Positions 1 through 10,378 of a stretch of 64,000 nucleotides of DNA are shown here, piece by piece. The notes under the pieces were generated by a model. That model had not been told where the DNA came from. It did not search any database and was given only the letters and a program-made list of their open reading frames with translations. How positions within the stretch are numbered: position 1 is the stretch's first letter; the number at the start of each line of letters is the position of its first letter. The DNA is from Magallana gigas (taxonomy: Eukaryota): NCBI RefSeq assembly GCF_963853765.1, contig NC_088861.1, positions 12,276,001 through 12,340,000 of the forward strand, given 5' to 3'. The translations under genes and the position numbers were made by a program.

Positions 1-59
1 GAATTTTATAAAATACTTACGATTGAATATGTTTGATATTGCCTGAGTGTATTTTATCT

Positions 60-2670
60 CCACGCCTTCATTTTATGATACATGTAGCCAATGCACATCT
101 CAATGATTCTGTAGTTAAACGATCATTTCCAATCAGTTTTTCTGCAAAGTTATTTGAATATCGATTTTAGTCAAAACCACAAAGAGGTATATATCTGATA
201 AATTATTGGTAATGCAGGTTAATGATAGGGACAAATGGGCTCATGGTTCAGAGGATGTGTTGGTCTCTTTTGACAATGGCATATACATATACTTATGAAT
301 TGAGATGCAATTATTAATTTCAAGACTTTGATATTTTACGCCTTGATTTATTGGTTTTTTTTTAATATTTACGTTGTCCTATACTGCAAGGTTTTTTTTC
401 AGAAACACTCAAAATTTGACCTCTTTACGTTCCAAACTCAAAGAAAAAAATCAAAAATATAGAAAATGATGTGAATATTGGTCAAAATTGTAAAACTAAT
501 GTTTTAATAATTTGCGTGCCTTTTTTTGAATGTTCGAATTAGCATTGATAACTTGAGGAATAGTTTTTAATTTTGATTTTTGTGATAAATGTACATTTCT
601 TTTTAGATTCCCCCATTTTATTTTATTTTATTTCATTTTGGTAACGTTGATCATATTTGTTGACATCGTTTTACTTAACCTTTAATTTCAAAGAAAAATA
701 GAAAATATGCTTGTTAATGAACAGAAACTACTGATTTTCAACTGAGAAAAAAATGGTAAATTATCTAATTTCATCTGTTTACTACAAGGAAATAAGAAAT
801 TGGTAATAAGTTTTAATTTTGATTTTTCTTTTGTTTAATTTATTAAAGATACAATCTACACACTAAATAAACAGATGTGTTGCAACGGACAAGTACATGT
901 AATTGATGGAAAAATGAAAAGCTGTGAAGAAGGTGCGTGCATTTGAAGTTAATTGAAGTTCAAAACGAATTTTTGGGTTTTTTCTGTTAAGTTTATTCCT
1001 CAGTCTAAATTCACATTAAGGTATTTCCATACTTGCAAAATTCTGTGATGAGAAAAAAAGGAAAAACAGAACTGTTTTCAACAAAATAGACTATATCAAA
1101 CAAAGGAAACGTTAAATTCATGTTCATTATTATGGAGAAAATATATTTTAAAATCAGAAGAAAAGTGTGATTTATTATTTTGGTATTATATCTTTTTATC
1201 AGAGGAGATTGTTGTAAAACCTAAAGAAAAGCAAGTCAAAGGTACGTATGACAATTTCATAATTAATTTAGTTTTCATTACTAACATTCTTTTGATGTTC
1301 ATTAAAACTTACTTTGTAAATCTAATGTTCAGTTGTAGATGCAGTTCAATGTGTGTATACAAAGAATGATGAAATCCTATCTGCACCGTTTGATTATAGT
1401 ACCCAGATTTGTTGCCGAAAATCAGGAGTCCTGGATAGATTTCAACAGGGACAGGAAGTGGATTGTTGTGGAGGCAATTATTAATTAAATAACATTCTTT
1501 ATATTCATTTCTTCTATAGTTTTAGCCACATGGGCCAAGCCCGTTTTAACATTTATTTCAATGTAACCATTGAACAATTGTTTTAATGATATATTTATCT
1601 TTTGAACAATGTAGATAAGAGAAATCAGATTGAAACATAACTGTGTTATGTCAGCTGTGTCAATGCACATCTCAATGATTCTGCAACAATAATTTCAAAT
1701 CATTCTTCCTTGAAAATTCATTTGAATATCAATTTTGGTCAAAACTTACAAAGAGGTGTATATCTGATAAATTACATAAATTACTGATAATACAAATTAA
1801 AGATAAGAACAAATGTGATCATGTGAAGCAGAGGATGTAGTGGTCTGTAATGACAATGGTATATACATTTACTATTCATTTAGATGCAATGAATAACTTC
1901 AAGATACTGATATATTAAGCCTTTATTCAAGTTCTTGAATATTTACGTTTGCCTAATTTTGTTTTATACTGCAAGGGGGCTTTTTTCGTTGACAATCAAA
2001 ATTTTACCTTAAGTAAAAAGGATGTTTTGTTTTCGTTTTTTTAATACAGAAAATGATATGAATATTGGTCAAAATGCAAAATTGTTAAACTAAAGTTTTG
2101 ATAATTTGATGACTGTTTTGGCAACGTCTGAATTAGCATTGACAACTTTAGCAATAGTTTACTATTTGTTTCTGATGATGAATGTATATTTTATTTTTGG
2201 TTCAGATTCCCATTTTATTATATAGTTAATATGGTTTATCATTTCGTTTTACTTTTCCTTTTTAGGTGAAATTAAAAATATGTTTATTAAATAATGAAAA
2301 GAAATTATGGATTTTTAACCGAGAAAAAAAAGTACTAAGGCCCTCCATTTACACCTATTATTTTGTTACAAGGAATGCTGATGTTACTGATTAGTTTTAA
2401 CTTTGTTGTTGTTGTTTTTAACCTTTTATAGATACAATCTACAGACCAAATATACAGATGTGTTGCGAGGGACGAGTTCATGTAATTAATGAAGAAATGA
2501 CAAGCTGTGAAAAAGGTGCGTGCATTTGAATTAGCTTTATAATTAGGTATATAATTGGGGTTTAATTTAGTTATTCTTTAGCCTAAATTCTTACATAAGT
2601 AACTCCACACTCGCAAAATTATGTGATAAAAGAAGAAAACGGAACTGATTTTAACTAAATAGACTTAAAA
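60..2670 (+). repeat. Intragenic tandem duplication of an intron+exon block (period about 1583 bp)
   Basis: Exon 849 and exon 2432 are homologous. Shared intron anchors include aatgcacatctcaatgattctg (~90 and ~1662), cagaggatgt..tggtct (~250 and ~1830) and the post-exon gtgcgtgcatttgaa. Confidence 0.85.
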
Positions 2671-3426
2671 TTATATCTATGATTTGATAAACTAGACTTG
2701 TTATCACACTTTTTCAGATCTTAGATTTAGATAAACTTAAGCACATCGTACTTTTGTTAAGCGGAAAAAGTCAGAAAAATTAGTTTTAAAACAATTTTGA
2801 TTTTATATTAAATAACATTTACCCGATTAAGGAAAAAGGGCGGGGAGAGCGATCTGACTTAGAATTACGCCCCTTTTTATTGGCTTGTCAACAGTTCTGC
2901 GTCAATAAGACGTTAACGCTCTTACGTTTAGGATTTCTTAGCTGTCAATCAAAAAGTGACGCCGCTTTGAATTTAGAGAAATTCTTAACGATTAGAAATA
3001 TCACTTAAGACAATATTTAGCGACTGCTGATTGGATGAAAAAGTTGTATGTTTTTAGTTATACTTTATGGAGATTTCTACAATTACACTTACATTCATTA
3101 AATTCATTTTGATTATTCACAGTAACATGGGGCACGGATAATCAAACAGATAAGGTCTGTGGAAATAAACCTTACTCATCGCAACACCACCATTGTTGCA
3201 GTAACGTGGTTACAAGTTTAACAGAAAGGTAAATATAGCGTTTGTTACAGAGAATAACAATTATGTTAATGAAACATATCTGCTAAGTTTTTGAAACATT
3301 GTGCATAATGGCTTTTATTTTTGTAGATGCCGCAGCAAGCAAGTAAATGTCATCCTGCGGGTTGTAAGACGCGTTTTGAAATCATTGGCTAAGAAAATCG
3401 AGGCAGGGAAAATAAATATTATTTGA
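849..3426 (+). CDS. Galaxin-like CC-repeat protein, gene 1 (5' part outside the window), with cationic C-terminal tail
   Basis: Exons 849-932, 1203-1241, 1333-1473, 2432-2515, 3123-3228, 3327-3426(TGA) splice in frame (phases 1,1,1,1,2; the donor at 1474 is GC). Translation: DTIYTLNKQMCCNGQVHVIDGKMKSCEE-EEIVVKPKEKQVK-VVDAVQCVYTKNDEILSAPFDYSTQICCRKSGVLDRFQQGQEVDCCG-DTIYRPNIQMCCEGRVHVINEEMTSCEK-VTWGTDNQTDKVCGNKPYSSQHHHCCSNVVTSLTE-RCRSKQVNVILRVVRRVLKSLAKKIEAGKINII*. Spaced CC doublets with Y..(.).Q.CC motifs are the galaxin-type repeat. Exons match genes 2 and 3. Confidence 0.8.
2690..3070. mobile_element. Probable non-autonomous interspersed element in a gene 1 intron (family unassigned)
   Basis: CpG-richer segment that begins where homology to the duplicated intron copy stops (~2670). 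No TSD or TIR identified. Confidence 0.3.
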
Positions 3427-5354
3427 TGACAAGTTCTTTTGAATTAAAGGAAATATTCATATTGCCATGCCATGTCTTGTGATTATTAGAACAATCTTTG
3501 ATTCCCAATTCCTTCACCTAAAATTGCTACAAAACGGTGGGGGGGGGGGGGGGGGCTTATATTTATTCTTTGTTACCTGAGCTAAGTTTCATCTACTTCA
3601 AAATCTGAAACAGGACTATGTTTCTAAAAAGTCTTCTTCTTTTTTTTTAAATGTAGTACCGGACTAACTAAAGTCTGAAAGTTTATTTTCAAACCGATTA
3701 CATTTGAAATTTAAAAACTGACTGTATATATAAAAAGTGATGAATGTGAAATTTCTGGGGGTAAAACAAGCAACGTATTGTGGCAAAAACTTATGTTCGT
3801 GGTATTTCTTTGTCGGAGATCAAACTAAGTAAACATTTCAGATTTTGTCGTGATATTAGTCAAACTATAAAGCATGCAAAAATACAACTGTCATATATTT
3901 TTGTCGGGCATCAGAAGTTTTTTTAAACAAACATTTGAGAATTGAATATTAAATGTCGGTGAGACATTAATATACTGAAAAGCAACATACATTTATATTT
4001 GCCTACCTGTAGATAATCACAAAATTGCTCCTATTCATAAAAACCATTTTAATACCGAAATGAAACTTTAAAATATTTTTTTAATAGGTAGACTAAATAT
4101 TTTTCTTTTCAACAAAAAAAAAATATAAAAAAACAGGCCCTAAGATCATGAAGCAGTCGAATGTCTTGCAATAGACAACATAAAAAATGAAAAGATATTG
4201 AAAAGTGTTTCTATACTATGTGGATAGTTACAAATGTTAGGAGTAATTATATGACATATCTTAATTCTAAGAAAGATTGAAATTTAGCGTCGTTACCATC
4301 AGGCCAGGTTAATACGTAAGGGTCTTCATTATATAAGCATTATTTAAAGTTTATTATGATCACTCAATTTGATAATAAGACCAAAAAAACACCCAATAAT
4401 TATATATCAGCTATCGTCTTTTTGTCGCCATTGTTAAATGGGTTATGTATAGACTAACAGACAATGTCACACTGCCAGTTACCCCCAAGGTCAAATTTTT
4501 ACGTCCATACTTTCAGCTTGAAAAACGAAAGTGATAACGTAGAATTTTTAACCGAGGTATTCACTTAAGAACTTACCGTTATCAACGAGAGTAAAGGAAA
4601 GAAGAGACTCTTCAATTTAATGTTGAAACACCTCTGTACATGTTATTTTCATTGATGAAGTTAAAGTATTAAATCTACATCCGTGCTATCATTTCTATCG
4701 AAATGAATCAACTAAATTTGTATTGTCTAAATTGAAAACAATAAAGTAAACAAGAAAAAATCATTTAATAAATGGAAAATTAATTTGCAAAGGTAAGGTT
4801 AAAAACCGCCACAACTTAAAGACCTTGGTCTTTAGGGACTCGTTGAAAACACTGGAGCATGTACCTGTACCTGAAATTGTTAATAACAAACAGATTATAT
4901 AAAAAATAATCTTCATAAGGTTGATCACTACACCTTGAAAGCGTTTCGCAAATTAGCAGAAAATTACTTAATTATGATACACTACGTATCATGATGCATA
5001 GGAAGTACATGTACTGGTTTATAAGTCAAATATGTGAGTAAAAAAATAATAATGACATACATACGCAACATTTGATTTCAAACTGAATTTAAAAATTTGA
5101 ATTCAATAATAATGAACAAAATTTTTCAGGCGTATTATGATTTGCGATTCATAAGTGGAATATTTTAACCGATGAGTTTTGATGATATATAACCAAATGA
5201 TTGATACAAATAGTTTTTAACATTTAATCGCCACCTTGTGACAAAGTGTCTTTTAAAAGTATGTCTTGATCTAGTGAGGTACCTTAAAATGATTAAATAA
5301 GACAAGAACGAGTAATGATCGTAAAGTTTCTGAAATGAGCCTTAACATTATGGC

Positions 5355-5795
5355 ATAGCAAGCTTTGTTGACCACAACCAAAACGTATAAATAGTTTTAA
5401 AATATTTTGCTTATAAAACGAAAAATAGATAAGAGCATCCCTTGTTGACCACTGTTTTAGAGAATGAACATACAACCACTTAAATAAACGTTTTGATAGG
5501 GCAAACCCTGTTAACCTATATCGAATTATACGTCGAACAATTAGCCGATAAATTTGAAAACCTTTCTAGGATTTTAATACAAAGAACACTTTTGTATATA
5601 ATTCTTAGTGACAGAAACATAGCAAGCCTTGTTGACCTTAATGAAACATTCAACATTACATTCAAATAAGAAAAATTAAAAATACTTCTATACATATAAT
5701 AAAATATAATACAGAGCAAGCCTTGTTGATCTTTTTCAACGACTCTGCATTTTCTTCTTGTCACATGCTTTCAGATAGAGCAAGCCTTGTTGACC
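5355..5795 (+). repeat. Cluster of six copies of a 19-bp motif, consensus AGAGCAAGCCTTGTTGACC, with non-identical spacers
   Basis: Copies start at 5355, 5432, 5498 (4 mismatches), 5619, 5713 and 5777. Start-to-start distances are 77, 66, 121, 94 and 64 bp. Confidence 0.75.
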
Positions 5796-8700
5796 GTTGA
5801 GCTCTATGCAGATTCCTATATACTTAATGTTAAAAGAACGAATTTTGTACACATAAATATAAAGTATAAGTATAACTATAAATAAAAAAAAACAGCTAAT
5901 AATGAGCTTGCCTAAGTATACTGAAAGTAATAAATTGTTGATACAAAGAGCACATGGATTTTGTGCAGTAGACGAAATGCTTATATTAAATCATACAAAT
6001 TTGATTAATGACTGCCTAGTCAAACATTTTTATTCTGTGCACCCTACAAAAAATTGAATCAAAAGACCAATAGCCATGTAAAAACTAAATTGTTTTGACA
6101 TTGCACATATGTTGTAAGTATATCAGTTTATTGACGAATGGACTGAAATTGATTGTTTTAAACAACCTGGTGAAATTTTAATTTAAAACAAATTGATTTT
6201 ATAGTTGCTCATAACTTTTGGCAACTGCTGAGTCAAATGTACATAGCTGTCAGCCCAAATTTTCATTCATATTTAAACCCAGAGGTTATGATACCAAGTG
6301 ATGTATTGTCATTAACTATAGTCTCTGGATTTTTTTATTGCCATTGCTGAAGTTTTTAGAGTATTGGTGGTTGGCCTAGGTTCCAGGTAGGGAAACTGAT
6401 GTTTGAAGGTGTTCTTGCATCCCTGTATCTGCTCTAAGCTGAGAAATAATCAATTATGCTATATAATATGTAGCAGAAACTTTACGACTACCGATCCGTC
6501 CAGTCACCAGTTGGTTCTGCGCTGCAGGGATGTCAAATTTTAGTCTGATCTCGCTTATTTAACCCTTGACACTGGTGTCGAGCTGCTTGTCACAGTGGAG
6601 AACCAAGCCCTTCTGCTTTGTTTAGGTATCTCTTTTCTTTGATGTACTGAAAATATATATATATAAATACGCAGTAATGATGCTAAATACACCAACTTGA
6701 AATTAAAACATCCTTAAATACTCAATGGGAATATTTTTTCCCAGTGTAAAAACATAAATAAAAACATTGAATGATGATATTTATGCACCAGTTGAAAGTA
6801 ATACAGCCTAGTGTTTTATCCATTCATTGTAATGTAATTTTATTTACATTTTAAATAAAATTCTACTTGTATCAAGTGATAACCAATCACATTTTAAAAA
6901 GATCACCATAGAGCTCAATGTGTAAATAATATAAAATACTAGATCTACATGCAATGCCCATGGACTGAATTCAAACTAAAACAAAAACAACATGTGTACA
7001 ATGTTGCAGGATGATCCAAATATAATCAGTCATACACATGAGATCCAAATTGCAACAGATTTGCATAACAATGCACTAAACTTAGTTGCACAAAACTTTA
7101 GATGCTAACCCATGAAAAAGAAACTGAGACTGTAATACAAATCATAATAACAATAATGTGAGCTAACAACCTAATGATGGATACATTAATCTTACCCAAA
7201 TTTGTTCTATCTTGCTATATATGAACGAGTTATCCTCTTATAAGTGCATCTTGTTGATTATGGGTTAAACTTTTGTAAGCGTATCTAGTTGGTTATGGCG
7301 TACCATGCACACTTAAAATAACAAAGATTTTGATAGATTTGGTTTTTACAAATGAAAGTATTTTTTCTAAAAGTTTATTCCAACTACACAACTAATTTTC
7401 AAACAACTCTTACACAATGTAAATGGCGCAATCGGAACTTCCCAGGCCTTTTTGATGGCGCTTGGGGTAAAAATACCTAGAACGTATAAACATCACCATA
7501 CGTTGGCATCTTATACAAAGTGGAGTCATTCCACACCAATAAAGTTATCGGCTAGACAATGTCTAATCTTCGGGTATATTTTTGGGTTTATTACTGATAT
7601 ACATGACGTTTGCTCTGTATTTATATCTAGTTTTTAGCTTAAGTTTTATATACAGAAGGTTGTCTTGAATGACGAGAACGTGTTTCGCCAGTTTAAATGG
7701 TTCGAGAAGTTCCAAATCAGGTGACAAGTGTTCCCAATCGAATCTTGTACAGTGTATGTCGAATCTTAAATCTCGAATAAGCCTTATAGGCTTTCGTATA
7801 TTAAGGACAATACAAACATTTAGATGGAGAGCGCCAACACCTCTTTCCAGTTGATGTATTAACATGCTTGCTTCTTTTCTTTTGAAGAAGAAGTAATTAA
7901 TGTGAGAAGTTCTGATTAATCAGAAGAAGATGCTACTTACCTTTATAATAGAATAGTTTTTAGACGATTGTTGCAAATTGTTAGGAACATCTCTGTATAG
8001 GAATGTATGTTAATATACATGTACTTAATTAATTATTTACTACCAATTGAAAGTTATTTCTGTTCATTAAATATAGACAGGTATTATATTTATTTGATGT
8101 GTAGTTGAAAATGATTTATATCAAGAATTTTTTCTTATAGTTTACTTTAATGATTTTTATTTATGCAGTCTTTATATTGCACAGGTTTGCGTAAACTCTT
8201 CGCATATATGTATTTATTTGCATTCGCTACTCAAAATTAGTTATTTTCCGTTCGATATGTTTGTTATAATCTTGTACACTATCGAACACGTAATGTCTTT
8301 ACACATAAAAAATTACATGAGAGTAAGTTTTGTTAACATCAGTTGTTCAGTAATGATATTGAGAGTACAATTAAAAAGTAGGCATTTTTCAGTGTTTTTA
8401 TTAAACAACCATCGTTTAAAATCAATTGCGTAAAATGCGAACAAATGTTTCCTTGGTCATGATATCAGTTGAGTGGGTAAAACACGAGAAATATCAACAT
8501 TTAAATGCCCTTTTCATTTCCAAATAACCGAAAGAAAACCCCTTTTATATTATACACTATACATTTACATCACTGAGTATGATTCCTTCTATTTCTTAAG
8601 AAAATTAATTGTAATTCACAGCTCTTTAGAAACTAACAGGACTGAAATATGACCAGTTTATCGATCGACGACGATTATAAGACCACTTAGCTTTTTTTAT

Positions 8701-9273
8701 CCAACGTACTGGTGTATATTCATAATAACTAAGTCACTCTATCAATCAACTCATTAATTTGTTAAAAGAGAGATGAAAATAAAAAGAATACAAATGCTCT
8801 CTTTGATAATCCATGTGGATTATGAAGAAAGATACCATTGCAGAAGAAATTAACATAACCCGGTAACGCGTGTTAAGTGTTTTTCTCTGTTGTCGCTACT
8901 TTCATATCCCGGATGAATTTATTGTTGAAATATGTGCACCAGCTCGATTTGCTTTTATGTTTTTGTGAAAATTTGGCAATCTAAATATATTTAGAGAACA
9001 AGTAGGAAGCTTAATGTAAACAAGTGACTTTGTATTTGTTATTCCTCATATAATTTTATGATAATTAAGCAAGCATACCGTTTAAAATCTGTTGAAAAGA
9101 ATAAAAACAAATAATTGTCATTACAAATCTTTCTTTCAAGATACAATACCAGTGTTGTTTACTCAATCTGAGACGTTACACAACTTTTAATGTTCCTAAA
9201 ATCGTGTCCCATATGACATATTATACCTTGCAAGTAATAACGGAAACATGGGGGTTGATATTGGACAAAATAG

Positions 9274-9313
9274 GGGAGATTTTCAACGCCCAAGCAAAGC
9301 AATACTATAAAAG
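9274..9313 (+). promoter_or_regulatory. Core promoter of gene 2: GGGAGATTTT motif plus TATAAAAG
   Basis: GGGAGATTTT at 9274 and TATAAAAG at 9306, 68 bp before the ATG. The block is conserved upstream of gene 3. Confidence 0.55.
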
Positions 9314-9373
9314 CAAGACAGTCCTAAGTACCTGTATTTTATTTTGACAAATAATAATTTCCTCTCAACAAAT

Positions 9374-10378
9374 ATGTTTATTTTATTATTACTAACTTTT
9401 GGACTCCAGTGCAAAACAGCTGCAGTAAAGAATGATAGGAGCATAGGTATTCATTTTAAAAAAAATCCTGAGATTTTTAACTGATATGGCAATGGGTATA
9501 ACATGAAAAATGATACAGTTGTAGATGACGAGTGTGTGTACACACAGAATGGTGAAATTCAGTATGCAAAATTTAATGAAACAACACAAATTTGCTGCCC
9601 CAGATCTGGTGTTCACGACAAATGTCAGCAGGAACAGGAAGTACAATGTTGCGGGGGTAAGTGGAAATTAAAGATATTATTTCCATAGCAATCATAAATT
9701 TAGACGTCTTAGTTTTTTACCAGTGTAACATTCCTAATAAAACTCAATATGCAACGTCCGAAGATGAATTGAAATCGATAATTTCATTTTATTACTTTTC
9801 TATCTGCTAATATAAGAATGTCTGTTTTAGTTTGAAAACCCTTAGTTTTTTTATTTTTATATATCTTGATTTCATTTCACTTTATTTTTGATGTTGAAAA
9901 AAGTAAAATTAAGAAATGTATTTAATTAATGAACCGAGATTGTAAATCGTTGCCTAAAGGCAAAAGAATAAGTAAGGTTATGATGAATTTGATACAAGAA
10001 AATAAGGCCTATCTGATTAGTTTTCGAGTTTTTTTTTTATTTTTCTACCAATTATAGATAAAATTTACAGACCAAGTAAAGAGATTTGCTGTGAAGATAA
10101 GTCATACTCATCACAACACCACAGATGCTGTGGAAACATAATAACAAGTTTAAGAGAAAGGTAAATAAAGCGTTTGCTACAGAAAACAACAAGTATGGTA
10201 TAGAACATGTCAGCTTTATTTCTGAAACGATATGGACATTTTTCTGTAACCTTGTAGATGTGGCAACAAGAAAGGAAGGGGCATTCTGCGCTTTACAAGA
10301 CGCATTTGGAAATCCTGGCTAAGAAAATCGAGGCGGGGGAAATCAATATTGATGATGATATTCCTTTGCAAAAAATAG
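9374..10378 (+). CDS. Secreted galaxin-like CC-repeat protein, gene 2 (144 aa), with Arg/Lys/Trp-rich tail
   Basis: Exons 9374-9446, 9519-9656, 10058-10160, 10258-10378(TAG), all GT-AG, 435 nt in frame. MFILLLLTFGLQCKTAAVKNDRSI-VVDDECVYTQNGEIQYAKFNETTQICCPRSGVHDKCQQEQEVQCCG-DKIYRPSKEICCEDKSYSSQHHRCCGNIITSLRE-RCGNKKGRGILRFTRRIWKSWLRKSRRGKSILMMIFLCKK*. Hydrophobic N-terminus reads as a signal peptide. Exon 1 and exon 2 lengths (73 and 138 nt) are identical to gene 3. Confidence 0.85.

Noticed and set aside
3538-3555. Long poly-G/poly-C runs (also ~25826, ~47540, ~58740)
   Set aside because: Common low-complexity tracts with no associated structure.
5355-5795. CRISPR-like repeat-spacer array
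   Set aside because: Eukaryotic context; repeats are only 19 bp and variable; spacer lengths are very uneven (45-102 bp); no cas genes.
7400-7870. 100-aa ORF 7563-7865(-) and a protein-like continuation (..LGIFTPSAIKKAWEVPIAPF..) as a gene
   Set aside because: Stops and frame breaks, no splice-supported structure and no motif I can name. It may be a decayed transposon ORF. BLASTx would be needed.
9200-9331. Open frame MTYYTLQVITETWGLILDKIGEIF... ending at a GT as first exon of gene 2
   Set aside because: It overlaps the conserved promoter/TATA block and is not open in gene 3. A proper 73-nt signal-peptide exon exists at 9374-9446 with an equal-length counterpart in gene 3.
9503-9688. ORF-track start MKNDT... 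as the N-terminus of gene 2
   Set aside because: The ATG lies in intron 1; the exon starts at 9519.
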